A stretch of DNA of 64,000 nucleotides from an uncultured delta proteobacterium (lineage in GTDB: Bacteria; Desulfobacterota; Desulfobacteria; Desulfobacterales; UBA2156): assembly GCA_963736855.1 (NCBI GenBank), contig CAVTQK010000015.1, forward strand, positions 192,001 through 256,000. Direction: 5' to 3'. Of the stretch, positions 31,737 to 41,590 are shown piece after piece (positions within the stretch are counted from its first letter, which is position 1; every line of letters starts with the position of its first letter). The translations under genes were made by a program, and so were the position numbers. The notes beneath the pieces are model-generated. The model was not told where the DNA came from, made no database searches, and saw only the letters and a list, made by a program, of their open reading frames with translations.

Positions 31737-32207
31737 ATGAAGAAAATATCGATGGTGTGTGTTTTTTTTATGCTCCTTTCGGCTTTTTCATGTGCTCCGG
31801 GAAATCGGGGCGGAGAGACTGTGGGTATCCTGACGGGGATCCTGGTGGGTGCAATCCTTGGGCACCAGGTAGGAGGAGATAGCACAGCGAGAGCCGTGGG
31901 TGCGGGGGTGGGAATGGTGGTTGGAGGCTTGGTCGGATCGCAGCTCGGCAGGATGTACGACAAACTGAATGAAGAGGAACAGCGGGTTCACTCTTCCATC
32001 ATCACCGAGTCAATCCAGACGTCCAAGGTGGGGGAAGGTAACCAATGGTACAACCCCGAAACCGGAAACAGCGGAAGGGTTGTCGTTACCAAGGAACAGG
32101 AATATTGCCGGGAGTATCAGCAGACCATAACCATCGGCGGTAAAGAAGAAAAGGCTTACGGAACCGCCTGCCGCCAACCCGACGGGTCTTGGAAAATAAA
32201 GAACTAA
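31737..32207 (+). CDS. Glycine-zipper lipoprotein (17-kDa surface antigen / RT0821-Lpp0805-like)
   Basis: Lipobox FSC, glycine zipper, WYNPETGNSG, YCREY, GTACRQPDGSW. Confidence 0.85.
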   Translation: MKKISMVCVFFMLLSAFSCAPGNRGGETVGILTGILVGAILGHQVGGDSTARAVGAGVGMVVGGLVGSQLGRMYDKLNEEEQRVHSSIITESIQTSKVGEGNQWYNPETGNSGRVVVTKEQEYCREYQQTITIGGKEEKAYGTACRQPDGSWKIKN

Positions 32208-32221
32208 ATCGATATTCGATT

Positions 32222-32259
32222 TCGGCAAAAGACGCCGGCTTACCGGCGCTTTTTGCCGA
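32222..32259. terminator. Bidirectional intrinsic terminator
   Basis: TCGGCAAAAGACGCCGG-CTTA-CCGGCGCTTTTTGCCGA between convergent genes. Confidence 0.7.
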
Positions 32260-32261
32260 TT

Positions 32262-32939
32262 TCATTTCCAAAACAAAGCAAACAGGACGGCAAAGGCCAG
32301 GGCCGGAACCATGTTCCCGATGCGGATCCGGCTCTGTCCTAGAAGATTGAACCCGATTCCTGCAATAAGAAGGCCGCCGGTGGCCGTTACGGCTTCCAGG
32401 ACCGCGGGTTCCTGAAGGAAAGCCAGCTTGGATGCCAGAAGGGTGATGGATCCTTGAACAGCCAGGACCGACAACCCGGAAAAAGCCACCCCTATCCCAA
32501 AAGAGGAAGCCAAGGCAATGGAGGCCATTCCGTCCAGAAGCGATTTAACCAAGAGCGTGCTGGAATCCCCCGTTGTCCCATCCTGTATGGAACCGACGAT
32601 CACCATGGCCCCTGTGCAATAGAGCACGGATGCCGTCACGAAGCCTTCCACGAAGGAGGATGAATCCGAGCGGGCTCTCTTTTTAAGCCATGCCCCCAGT
32701 CGTTCCACCGCACCCTCGATATTGACGGCCTCTCCGATGACGGCGCCTGCCAGCAGGCATCCCAACGTCGGAAGAATTTTCTTTCCGGAAAGAGCCATCT
32801 GAAGACCGATCAGTAGGGTGGAAAGCCCCAGGGCATGCATGACAATGGTTTTGATGCGCTCGGGCAGGCGCTTTCCGATGCCAATCCCGATGAGTCCCCC
32901 TGAAATAATGGCTCCCGTATTAACCCATGTACCGATCAC
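32262..32939 (-). CDS. DUF554 family membrane protein
   Basis: MIGTWVN, EGFVTASVLYCTGAM.IVGSIQDG, KSLLDG, GIGVAFS. Confidence 0.88.
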   Translation of the reverse strand: MIGTWVNTGAIISGGLIGIGIGKRLPERIKTIVMHALGLSTLLIGLQMALSGKKILPTLGCLLAGAVIGEAVNIEGAVERLGAWLKKRARSDSSSFVEGFVTASVLYCTGAMVIVGSIQDGTTGDSSTLLVKSLLDGMASIALASSFGIGVAFSGLSVLAVQGSITLLASKLAFLQEPAVLEAVTATGGLLIAGIGFNLLGQSRIRIGNMVPALAFAVLFALFWK

Positions 32940-33103
32940 GAAAATCCCTCCAATAAAGAGCGCCTTGCCTCATAGCATCGATGCGGTTAAAGGGCAAGAA
33001 TTCTCCAAGCTCACGAGAATCCCGATGTCGGATTGACTGAGAGACGTTCCATACATAAAATTTGTATATTACAGGTCTGCAAAATAGGCCCAAGGAGTCG
33101 ATC

Positions 33104-34330
33104 ATGAGAATCCTGCACTTGCTCAGTCAGCGCCCTGAGGCTACGGGGAGCGGTATTTATGTCCGCGCCATGATGGAGCATGCCCGGCGGAAGGGGCATA
33201 CAAATTTTCTTCTGGCCGGCATCGCACCCGATGATAATCCGGCAATCGAAGGATACAGCCGGAATTCGTGCGCCTTTGTGCGGTTCGGTGGTGCGGATCT
33301 CCCGTTTCCCGTGGTAGGGATGAGCGATGTCATGCCCTACGAAAGTGTTTGTTTCAAGGACCTGACCCGTGATCAGATTGAAAGCTACGAGGGCTGTTTC
33401 CGGGAGCACCTCGAGGGCGCGATCCATCGTTTTAGACCCGATCTCATCCATTCCCATCACCTCTGGTTGATGACCTCCCTTGCCAAACGCACTTTTCCTG
33501 ACCTTCCGATGGCGAGCACGTGTCATAGCACGGATCTGCGACAGTTTTATAACTGTGACCACCTGCGAGAACGCGTACTCGAAGGGTGCCGCCGGTTGGA
33601 TGCCGTCATGGCGCTGAGCCGGAATCAAAAAGACGAAATCGCCGGACTTTACGACATCGACCCGGATAAAATTGATGTTACGGGCGTGGGATATAACGAC
33701 CGACTTTTCACCTTCGACGGTGTAAAACCGAAAAGCTCGATCCGTCTGGTCTACGTCGGTAAACTCTGTCGCGCCAAGGGGGTTCCCTGGATGCTGCGGG
33801 CGCTTTTAAAAACCACACAATTATCCTGGAAGCTTCACTTGGTGGGTGGCGGGACCGGTCCGGAAAAGGCCGAGTGTCTTCAGATTGCAAAGGGCCTGGG
33901 GGATCGGGTGATAACCCATGGCCCTGTTTCCCAGCAGCGACTTTCCGAGATCCTGAAGCGCAGTCATCTTCTGATCCTGCCTTCTTTTTTCGAAGGGATT
34001 CCCATCGTCCTTTTGGAGGCCATGGCTTGCGGATGCCGAGTCGTAACAACCGCGCTTCCCGGCGTTGATGAACTCTTTGAGAAGACCCCGGAAAAATTTT
34101 TGCGCACCGTTGCGTTGCCCCGACTTGAAAATGTAGATCGGCCTATTCCTGAGGATGAGCCGGCCTTTGAAGCACGCCTTTCCGAGGCCGTTGTCGAAGA
34201 GATCCGTGACATCCAGGCAAGTCCCGAAATCGATTCGGCCCGTCTTTCCTCCATCTTGAAGCCGCATACTTGGTCCAGCGTGTTTCAGCGAGTGGAGGCG
34301 GTCTACCGACGGATCGCACCCGGAGAATGA
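33104..34330 (+). CDS. GT4 family glycosyltransferase
   Basis: TGSGIY, HSHHLW, YVGKL..AKG, PSFFEGIPIVLLEAMACG. Confidence 0.9.
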   Translation: MRILHLLSQRPEATGSGIYVRAMMEHARRKGHTNFLLAGIAPDDNPAIEGYSRNSCAFVRFGGADLPFPVVGMSDVMPYESVCFKDLTRDQIESYEGCFREHLEGAIHRFRPDLIHSHHLWLMTSLAKRTFPDLPMASTCHSTDLRQFYNCDHLRERVLEGCRRLDAVMALSRNQKDEIAGLYDIDPDKIDVTGVGYNDRLFTFDGVKPKSSIRLVYVGKLCRAKGVPWMLRALLKTTQLSWKLHLVGGGTGPEKAECLQIAKGLGDRVITHGPVSQQRLSEILKRSHLLILPSFFEGIPIVLLEAMACGCRVVTTALPGVDELFEKTPEKFLRTVALPRLENVDRPIPEDEPAFEARLSEAVVEEIRDIQASPEIDSARLSSILKPHTWSSVFQRVEAVYRRIAPGE

Positions 34331-34382
34331 TCCCTGTCTGCCGGTCACAAAATCGCTGCAAATCTCGATAACGCAGCTTGTC

Positions 34383-34775
34383 TCAATCTGCAGGAGGGCC
34401 TGGCTTGGCGTCGAAATCCGACCATCGCCTCTTGGATAGGGTTCCAAACGGAATCAGAACCGGAAACAACCAAAGCAAATTCCACCATCGCAACCCTGTC
34501 GCCTCGATACCGCCATATGCCCATATGGCCCATACAATTGAAATGAAGAACACTCCATAAGGCATGGCCATGAGACGCCAAAACGGAGTGGATGGATGCC
34601 GCCAGGGGGAAAAAGCCATGATGGTAATGACCGCTGCGATAAAGACGAGCATCCCAGAAAGGCCCTGAGCCCATTTTCCTTGAATAAGAAAGACCATGGA
34701 TAGAAGGGCAAGCCAAAGGAATCCTCCCAACCAGCCGAATGTCCAGCCTATCTTTTCACCTCTTCTTTTCACCAT
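34383..34775 (-). CDS. Hypothetical membrane protein (about 4 TM, Trp-rich)
   Basis: AGGAG RBS; hydrophobic segments. Confidence 0.6.
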   Translation of the reverse strand: MVKRRGEKIGWTFGWLGGFLWLALLSMVFLIQGKWAQGLSGMLVFIAAVITIMAFSPWRHPSTPFWRLMAMPYGVFFISIVWAIWAYGGIEATGLRWWNLLWLFPVLIPFGTLSKRRWSDFDAKPGPPAD

Positions 34776-34892
34776 GTTTTAACTCCTGCCATATTGACTA
34801 TCCGCCGAAACGAAACACATAACGATCGCTTTTTGATAAATGGTTGGCAGCGCATGAAAATGAATCGTTTTTACACCTTTTCAGAAAACGGC

Positions 34893-35345
34893 TCATTGTC
34901 GGAACCGCTTCATGATGGAGGAAAAACCGATTAAAAGGATCCCGATCGCACAATAGAAAATAATGGATGGTAGGATGAACATCCCAGGGCTTCCGCCCGC
35001 ATCTCCTTTATAGTACTTAAGAACATGTGCTGCGTCCAGTGAGAGAATGACTATCAAAGAAATTAACATCGTCAAGGCATAGCTGCCGCAGACGATGATG
35101 ATTTTCTTGGTCGAACCGGACCGACCCCAATACCCGCTGGCCAATTCCAGACTGTTCAATATAAGCATAGCCAGTATCGACACACCAAACAGAATCCCGT
35201 ACAAGAGATGCGAGTTCCAGTATTCGAGAAGCGGGAAAAAGATCAGATAGGTGATGCAAAACGGCGCAAGCCATACAGTGGTCATCCCGAGGACTATCCA
35301 TCCCGGCACCGCCGCAAGAAATTTTCCGGGCTTGTTGGCAATCAT
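34893..35345 (-). CDS. Hypothetical membrane protein
   Basis: 150 aa with 4 hydrophobic segments. Confidence 0.55.
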   Translation of the reverse strand: MIANKPGKFLAAVPGWIVLGMTTVWLAPFCITYLIFFPLLEYWNSHLLYGILFGVSILAMLILNSLELASGYWGRSGSTKKIIIVCGSYALTMLISLIVILSLDAAHVLKYYKGDAGGSPGMFILPSIIFYCAIGILLIGFSSIMKRFRQ

Positions 35346-35397
35346 ACTGATTTTCTATTCCTTGTCATGTTTTTTATGCAACTACAGGGTCAAATGA

Positions 35398-35835
35398 TTA
35401 CCGGAGCAGTCGTTTCACCATAAAAATAGAACTTGACGGACATAAATTTGAAAATTCAGCCGTTTCCTGTATGGCGGACGGGGCTTGGCTGCGAGGTGAA
35501 GGTGAATATCCAAGTTTGGAAAAGAATTGATCGGCGGTAGTCGTAAGCAGATAGATGATCTGCACACCTTGAGCATGGGCATATTGCTCAGCGTGTGCCA
35601 CAAGATGCCGGCCTATCCCGTTTTTGCGGTGTTTCGATGATACGGCCAGGGAACGAAGCAATGCAATAGTCCCAAATATCTCAAGGCCCACAACACCCAA
35701 CAAACCGGAATTGTCACCGAAACCGAAGAAGTGCTCCAGATGTTTTGGTGTAATATCTGAAACAGGAAGACCGCACTCCTGAAGGAGTTGTTTAACGTCA
35801 AATTCGTTCGGAGTCTTTATTGTCGTGTTTTTCAA
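35398..35835 (-). CDS. GNAT acetyltransferase (ArsN2-like)
   Basis: LLQECGLP, ALLRSLAV, GIGRHL, YLLTTTA, EFSNLCPSS. Confidence 0.8.
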   Translation of the reverse strand: MKNTTIKTPNEFDVKQLLQECGLPVSDITPKHLEHFFGFGDNSGLLGVVGLEIFGTIALLRSLAVSSKHRKNGIGRHLVAHAEQYAHAQGVQIIYLLTTTADQFFSKLGYSPSPRSQAPSAIQETAEFSNLCPSSSIFMVKRLLR

Positions 35836-36129
35836 CAGCTAACGCTCCTCATCGCCTGACCGGAGTACCGATGGCCTTAAAACAAACACAGAAACAGAGA
35901 TTGTTGAAGCTTTAAGCACTCACCGGTAAAAAGCGAAGCGCCGGCTCGGTATCGTGCGGTCATCATATAGCCATTTCAATTCGTTATCAAATTCAAACAA
36001 ATAATGTTGAAAGAACAAATATACCCTTCGGATTTGTAACACAGATACTGTCCGGTTTATGAAGTCACCGAGGAGGTGAACGGGTGATGCAGACAACAGT
36101 ATCTATAGGAGACTCGGATGATAGTAATG

Positions 36130-36164
36130 AAAAAGGGTTACCGGAAAAACCGCGTAACCCTTTG
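36130..36164 (-). terminator. Intrinsic terminator after tRNA-Arg
   Basis: Minus strand AAAGGGTTAC-GCGGTTTTTCCG-GTAACCCTTTTT. Confidence 0.6.
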
Positions 36165-36171
36165 ATTTGAT

Positions 36172-36248
36172 TGGTACGCCCGGCAAGATTCGAACTTGCG
36201 GCCTACGGATTCGAAGTCCGGCGCTCTGTCCAGCTGAGCTACGGGCGC
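36172..36248 (-). tRNA. tRNA-Arg (TCG)
   Basis: GCGCCCGTAGCTCAGCTGGACAGAGC...CTTCGAA...GTTCGAATC...GGGCGTACCA; cloverleaf with encoded CCA. Confidence 0.95.
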
Positions 36249-36295
36249 ACGAAGAAGCCTCCCGATTCAGTTTTCGGGAGGCTTTTGAATCGGTG

Positions 36296-36372
36296 TGGGG
36301 TGAGTGGTGGGACTTGAACCCACGACAACCGGGGCCACAACCCGATGCTCTGCCAACTGAGCTACACCCACC
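36296..36372 (-). tRNA. tRNA-His (GTG), with encoded G-1
   Basis: GGTGGGTGTAGCTCAGTTGGCAGAGC...TTGTGGC...GGTTCAAGTCC...CACCCCA. Confidence 0.95.
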
Positions 36373-36385
36373 ATCAATTTATAGA

Positions 36386-36414
36386 ATTATAGCCAAAGTC
36401 GGGTTCCTTTTCAA
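36386..36414 (-). promoter_or_regulatory. sigma70 promoter for tRNA-His/tRNA-Arg
   Basis: TTGAAA-N17-TATAAT on the minus strand, just upstream of tRNA-His. Confidence 0.75.
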
Positions 36415-36432
36415 GAAAATTTATGGGGGTTT

Positions 36433-36451
36433 GACTTTTTACGATTTCATT
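36433..36451. repeat. Solo right end of the MITE family
   Basis: GACTTTTTACGATTTCATT matches the element termini; abuts the stop codon of the CDP-alcohol phosphatidyltransferase gene. Confidence 0.55.
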
Positions 36452-37010
36452 AACTTTTAGGTTGCGAATTTTTAAGACCGTATTGAAGGGTGGTCAGCCC
36501 GAGGTAGATATAATGGAGTCCGGAAATGATGGTCAGGGTGGCGGTGGTCCATATCAGGAACCAGCCGATGGTATATGCGTGAACGAATTGGGGCCTGAAC
36601 AGGCTGAAGAAGATGGTGGAAAGTTGAGAAACCGTGGTGAACTTGCTGACCAGAGTCGGTTTGATGTTGACGCTGACCCCGGTCATGAAAAAGACGGAGA
36701 CGCCGATGAGAATGATGACATCCCGGGTGATCACCAGAACAGCAAGCCAACTCGGGATGATGTGCATAATTGCCAGGCAAATGGTAGCGCTGGAAAGCAG
36801 CAGCTTGTCGGCAAGGGGGTCAAGATACGCGCCCAGGGCTGTTTTCTGGTTTGTATACCTGGCGATGAATCCGTCAAGACCATCGGTGATGGCGGCAAGG
36901 GTGAAGATTAACAAGGCGTAGCCTTCCATATCCTTGAGCAGCAGGATAACGAACAGAGGGGTCAACAGGATTCGGATAACGGTCAATATGTTGGGGATAC
37001 TGATCAGCAT
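36450..37010 (-). CDS. CDP-alcohol phosphatidyltransferase (PgsA-like)
   Basis: IPNILTVIRI, TDGLDGFIAR...LGAYLDPLADK. Confidence 0.93.
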   Translation of the reverse strand: MLISIPNILTVIRILLTPLFVILLLKDMEGYALLIFTLAAITDGLDGFIARYTNQKTALGAYLDPLADKLLLSSATICLAIMHIIPSWLAVLVITRDVIILIGVSVFFMTGVSVNIKPTLVSKFTTVSQLSTIFFSLFRPQFVHAYTIGWFLIWTTATLTIISGLHYIYLGLTTLQYGLKNSQPKS

Positions 37011-37014
37011 GGCG

Positions 37015-38280
37015 TCATCGAGTCTCTGTTGGGGCTGTATCGGTATTTGGTTTCCGAGGAGAAAGCGCCAATAGGATCCGGTCCGGCGCCGTTTCTAGGA
37101 TCAAGACCTCGAAAGCTTCGAACACACTTCGGGCCAGTGCGTTTGCTAAAGTGGATGCGGTTCCCTGGAAGTCCACCCGAATTTTTGCTTCATTTGCCTG
37201 GATTTCTTCGATCCGCATGTTTTTTACGCCGGGAAGTTCCGCCAATGCCCTTCGGAAGGTGACGAAATTGCCCAGACGCTGGGTTCCGCGCACCAGAAGG
37301 GAAATGGAAGCGATGGATTCCGCTTTTCGGGACCATTTTTGGGCGATCTGATCGGAAAGGTCTGCTGCGCCAAGGCGCCCGGCACTAAACAGGGCATCCG
37401 CAAAAGCCTTGGCATCGTCTAAATCCGGAACATGAAATTGCTTTGAAACAGCGGCGATTTCTTCTCCGGTCTCTGTTTTCAGGGCCCGGATGGAAAGATC
37501 TCCTCTTGGGGTAGTGCCCGATGCCGATGGAGTTTGGAGTTTGGGCCTGACGAGACTTTTTCCAAGAACCACCACCTCGGCTTCCAGCCGTTTTCCTAGT
37601 TCCAAAGCGTCGGTGTCTGAAAAGGCCGTCTTCGATGCCGGAAAAGTTTCCAGGAGTTGCGGTGCGTCTATGGCGGGGCGGATGACGGAATGCCCTTTTT
37701 CAATCATGGCCTCGTAGATTCCGCCTTCGGTGGTAGGCGGCAAGGTGTGAATTGCAGCCGGCCTTCTATAAACCGGATCGCTTCCGGATCGGGGCGACTC
37801 GGCGATGAGCAACAGAACCTTAGGAAGCTTTTGACGTACCTCCATGATACCGGCATTGAAAAGGTGTTCCTGGATTTTGTCCGTCCGGACGACAGCCTCG
37901 ATGAAGACTCGGTACTCCGATCCGACTACGGACTCGGTAAGGACTTTGTATTCCTGGATAAACTGATCCGCCTTTCCGGAAAACGCTTGGCTCACGGTCT
38001 TGAACTGTTTAATCAGGGTATCTCGGGGAAGAAGCGCCATGACTGCCGCGTCTACGGCAGCGGCCAGACTTTCGGCCACGGCTGCGTTTCTGGCAGCGGA
38101 AAAATCACCTTTTCCCACGAGGGCGCTTCGGATCACCTGAAATTTGTTCGAAGTGGCCGTGGCCCGGGCGTCTGGTATAGCGATAAAAAGTAGCGCTATC
38201 GACAAAACGATCAGGCTCATGAAAAGGTCGGGCGCTTGGAATGCGCCGGTATCCGGTTTCTTTTTCATCGCATCTTTCAT
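37015..38280 (-). CDS. Exported hypothetical protein (FlgT-N/curli-like periplasmic domains possible)
   Basis: Signal-peptide-like segment, ARNAAVAESL.., translationally coupled to ispB. Confidence 0.55.
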   Translation of the reverse strand: MKDAMKKKPDTGAFQAPDLFMSLIVLSIALLFIAIPDARATATSNKFQVIRSALVGKGDFSAARNAAVAESLAAAVDAAVMALLPRDTLIKQFKTVSQAFSGKADQFIQEYKVLTESVVGSEYRVFIEAVVRTDKIQEHLFNAGIMEVRQKLPKVLLLIAESPRSGSDPVYRRPAAIHTLPPTTEGGIYEAMIEKGHSVIRPAIDAPQLLETFPASKTAFSDTDALELGKRLEAEVVVLGKSLVRPKLQTPSASGTTPRGDLSIRALKTETGEEIAAVSKQFHVPDLDDAKAFADALFSAGRLGAADLSDQIAQKWSRKAESIASISLLVRGTQRLGNFVTFRRALAELPGVKNMRIEEIQANEAKIRVDFQGTASTLANALARSVFEAFEVLILETAPDRILLALSPRKPNTDTAPTETR

Positions 38281-39260
38281 CACATTTTGCGGGAAAGGGC
38301 GTAATCGGCAATGTCCATCAGCAGGTTCCGGGTCGGCGACAGGGAAAAGACGCCGATTGAACCTTTTGCACTTTCCACGTAACGTTTGGCCATTGTCTTC
38401 GTATAACCGATTCCGCCGCTTTCGTGAAGGATTTTTACCAGGCTTTCAAAGTCTTGAACAGAAAAATCCGAGCGGGAGATCATATCAAGAATCCAATCCT
38501 TTTTTTCTTTTCCGATCTTTTGCAGGGCATAAATAACCGGCAGGGTCAGCTTTCCTTCTCTCAGATCGGCGCCCACCGTCTTGCCGAGGACCCGGGTATT
38601 CGACACGTAGTCCAAGAGATCGTCGGCCATTTGAAAGGCAAGCCCGAGGTCTGCGCCATATCGGCCAAGGGCTATAACCTTTTCCTCGGATGCATCCGCC
38701 AGAAGGGCTCCGGAGCGGCAGGCGCCTTCGAAAAGGACCGCGGTCTTGCGGCGAATCACTTCCATGTAATCGGTCTCGGTAATAGCCGGATTTCCCTTGA
38801 GCTGAAGCTGGTGGATTTCACCCTGGGACATGGTCTCGGTGATCCCGGCGATGGTGCTGATGATCCTTGGCCGCTCGGTTTTGGCGGCAAGACTCAAGGA
38901 ACGCGCCAGGAGAAAGTCGCCCACCAGGACTGCAGTGGGATTTCCCCAGATGTGATGGGCCGCCTTTTGCCCGCGTCTCATGGTGGCTCCGTCCACAAGG
39001 TCGTCATGGAGGAGGGTGGCGGCATGGAGATATTCAAAGATGGCGGAAAAGGGGATGGCGTCCGATTCCTGATACCCGCATATCCGGGCGGAAAGCACCA
39101 TCAAGAGGGGTCTCAGTCGCTTGCCTCCTGAAAAAAGGATGTGGCGGGCGACCTCGGATACCAGATCCAGATGAGGACTTAGGTTTTGGGAAATGGCGAT
39201 TTCAATATCGGAAAGATCCGCCGAAACCCTGCTGAGAATACGATGTTTAAGATCCGTCAC
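38280..39260 (-). CDS. ispB: Polyprenyl (octaprenyl) diphosphate synthase
   Basis: GGKRLRP, LLHDDLVD, RRG, GDFLL, FQMADDLLD. Confidence 0.9.
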   Translation of the reverse strand: MTDLKHRILSRVSADLSDIEIAISQNLSPHLDLVSEVARHILFSGGKRLRPLLMVLSARICGYQESDAIPFSAIFEYLHAATLLHDDLVDGATMRRGQKAAHHIWGNPTAVLVGDFLLARSLSLAAKTERPRIISTIAGITETMSQGEIHQLQLKGNPAITETDYMEVIRRKTAVLFEGACRSGALLADASEEKVIALGRYGADLGLAFQMADDLLDYVSNTRVLGKTVGADLREGKLTLPVIYALQKIGKEKKDWILDMISRSDFSVQDFESLVKILHESGGIGYTKTMAKRYVESAKGSIGVFSLSPTRNLLMDIADYALSRKM

Positions 39261-40582
39261 ACGGCTTCTCCCGTAAGGTCGTATGTGCCGGCTTTGGTGA
39301 TTCGGACATTGACAAATGAACCCGTCTCAAATCCCCGGCCGGCCACACGTGTGATTCCGTCGATCTCAGGGGCCTGAAATGCGGTCCGACCGAGGAAGTG
39401 TCCTCTTTCCTTCTTTTTTTCCAGTAATACCGGATAGACATGGTTTATGTGTCCTTGATTTTTTTGAAAAGATAGTGCGGCCTGCAACTGCATGAGTCGG
39501 CTGCGCCGTTTCCGGGCCACCACCTTGGGTACCCTAGGTCCAAGGCGGTGGGACGGGATATCCTCTGCATCGGAATAGGTGAAGACTCCGGCATGATCGA
39601 ACCGGATATCTTCTGCCAGGCTGCACAGCAGTTCGAAGTCTTCTTCCGTTTCCCCAGGGAATCCCACCAGGAAGGTGGTCCGAAGAGCTGCGTCAGGCGC
39701 GATAGCGCGGATCTTCTCGAATAGGCGACAGAGTGTTTCCCGGGAATAGTGGCGCCCCATTTTCTTGAGGATTCTATCGCTTCCATGCTGAGCCGGAATG
39801 TCGAAATACCGGCATAGTCTGGAATGTCTAGCCACAGTTTGGACCAAGGATTCGGTCATGCTCTCGGGGTGGCCGTATAAAAAACGGACCCGAAAGTCGC
39901 CGGGCATTTCGGCAAGATGGGATAGAAGCTTTTCCAGGGAAGCTTGGGGGGAAAGGTCGGCGCCGTAGGCCGTGGTTTCCTGGGCCACCAGGACCAGTTC
40001 TTTGACGCCTGTGGAGATGAGAAACTCGGTTTCGGATCGGATCGAATCCATGGGCCGGCTTTTTTGCCGGCCGCGGAGTCTTGGGATGATGCAAAAGGTG
40101 CAGTGCCGATCGCACCCCTCCGCAATTTTGACATAAGCGATGTGCGGCGCACTTCTGATCCGGCGATCCTCCATCCCCGTGAGAGGCCGGGCGTTGGGGT
40201 CCGGTAAGAGGCACCAGGACGGTTCAGCGGTTGCAGTGACGGCGGCAAAGATATCCTCATAGGCGCCGGTCCCCAGGAAGGCATCCACTTCGGGAAGCGA
40301 TTGGACGAGGGTTTCCCGGAAGCGTTCGGGGAGGCACCCGGCGACGATGAGGCGCCGGCATTGACCCGTCTTTTTGTGTCGGGCAGCCTCCAGGATTGTG
40401 TCTATGGATTCTGTAACGGCGGACTCGATGAAACTGCAGGTATTGATCACGATGATTTCGGCTTCTTGAGGATCCAGGGTGATCTCCACTCCACCATCTA
40501 TCAGGCGGCCCAGCATGATTTCGCTGTCGACGCGGTTTTTAGGACACCCGAGGCTAATCAGATGTAGCTTCAAAGAACCCAT
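39257..40582 (-). CDS. rimO: Ribosomal protein S12 methylthiotransferase
   Basis: SLGCPKN.VDSE, NTCSFI, KIAEGCDRHCTFCIIP, APEIDG (TRAM). Confidence 0.95.
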   Translation of the reverse strand: MGSLKLHLISLGCPKNRVDSEIMLGRLIDGGVEITLDPQEAEIIVINTCSFIESAVTESIDTILEAARHKKTGQCRRLIVAGCLPERFRETLVQSLPEVDAFLGTGAYEDIFAAVTATAEPSWCLLPDPNARPLTGMEDRRIRSAPHIAYVKIAEGCDRHCTFCIIPRLRGRQKSRPMDSIRSETEFLISTGVKELVLVAQETTAYGADLSPQASLEKLLSHLAEMPGDFRVRFLYGHPESMTESLVQTVARHSRLCRYFDIPAQHGSDRILKKMGRHYSRETLCRLFEKIRAIAPDAALRTTFLVGFPGETEEDFELLCSLAEDIRFDHAGVFTYSDAEDIPSHRLGPRVPKVVARKRRSRLMQLQAALSFQKNQGHINHVYPVLLEKKKERGHFLGRTAFQAPEIDGITRVAGRGFETGSFVNVRITKAGTYDLTGEAV

Positions 40583-41588
40583 CCGAAGAAAATTCCTGCA
40601 AAGGGGAGTCCTTTTTTTGAACGATAATCAGGCATTCCACCGATTCAAGCCGGTTAACCAATTCGATTCCCTTTTCAGGCCCCATCACCATGAGACCGGT
40701 GGCCAGTGCATCGGCGAGGGCGCAGGTTTTGGCTATAACAGAGACGCTCACCACCCTGTTGGAAACCGGGTATCCCGTTCGGGGATCGATAACATGGGAA
40801 TACCGAATGCCTCCTTTCTCGAAAAAATTCCGGTAGTCCCCGCTGGTGGCGAGGGCCATGTCCTTGAGGGTGACGGCTTTGTAAACTCGGTCCAAAGGAG
40901 CGCCTGAGTTCGGCTCGTTGATTCCGATGCGCCATTTGCTTCCGTCGGACTTTTTGCCCGAGGCAAATACCTCTCCGCCGATCTCCACCAGAAAATTCCG
41001 GATCCCGCACTCCTGCAGCAGAGTAGCGAGGCGGTCCACACCATACCCTTTGGCGATGGAGGCGAGGTCCAGTGTGACGTCTGCGCTTTTCTTGACAAGA
41101 TATCCTTTCTCGGAGATCTCTATGCGATTAAACCCCACTTTTTTGATCGCCTCTCGGAGCTTTTCAGGGGCGGGTGGCTGGGTTGTGACACCCGGTGGCC
41201 CGAATCCCCACAGATCCACCAGCGGCTTGACGGTCCCGTCCCATGCGCCGTCCGTGAGTCGGTACACGTATTCCGACGTTTGCATAACCCTATGAAAATC
41301 CTGAGAAACCGGAAAGGGTTTGCCCGCCGTATGATCGATGTTGAACCGGCTGATCTCGCTTTCCGGTATGAATGTGGACATGCTTTGATTGATCGCATCC
41401 AGGCTTTGGCGGATTTTTGCATCCAAGGCGTCCGGCACGGGAATCGATCCGGGGAAGATCTTGATATGGTAAGTGGTCCCCATGGTCTTTCCGGAGAGTA
41501 CGAGGGGACCGGAATCTCCCAATGTCGGTGGGACCCAGAGAAAAAATAGTGAAAGGATAACGTATGAATATCGTTTAACGGATTTCAA
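40554..41588 (-). CDS. apbE: FAD:protein FMN transferase
   Basis: TMGT, SEISRFN, DLASIAKGY, EIGGE, ATSGDY, HVIDPRTG, ADALAT. Confidence 0.93.
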   Translation of the reverse strand: MKSVKRYSYVILSLFFLWVPPTLGDSGPLVLSGKTMGTTYHIKIFPGSIPVPDALDAKIRQSLDAINQSMSTFIPESEISRFNIDHTAGKPFPVSQDFHRVMQTSEYVYRLTDGAWDGTVKPLVDLWGFGPPGVTTQPPAPEKLREAIKKVGFNRIEISEKGYLVKKSADVTLDLASIAKGYGVDRLATLLQECGIRNFLVEIGGEVFASGKKSDGSKWRIGINEPNSGAPLDRVYKAVTLKDMALATSGDYRNFFEKGGIRYSHVIDPRTGYPVSNRVVSVSVIAKTCALADALATGLMVMGPEKGIELVNRLESVECLIIVQKKDSPLQEFSSDGFFEATSD

Positions 41589-41590
41589 GA

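Noticed and set aside
36043..36104. Inverted repeat AGATACTGT...ACAGTATCT with an inner TCACC/GGTGA hairpin
   Set aside because: No attC core sites or recognisable ncRNA features; too little evidence to call.
36172..36248. C-U mismatch at the top of the tRNA-Arg anticodon stem
   Set aside because: A single 27-43 mismatch is tolerated in functional tRNAs; the other elements are canonical.
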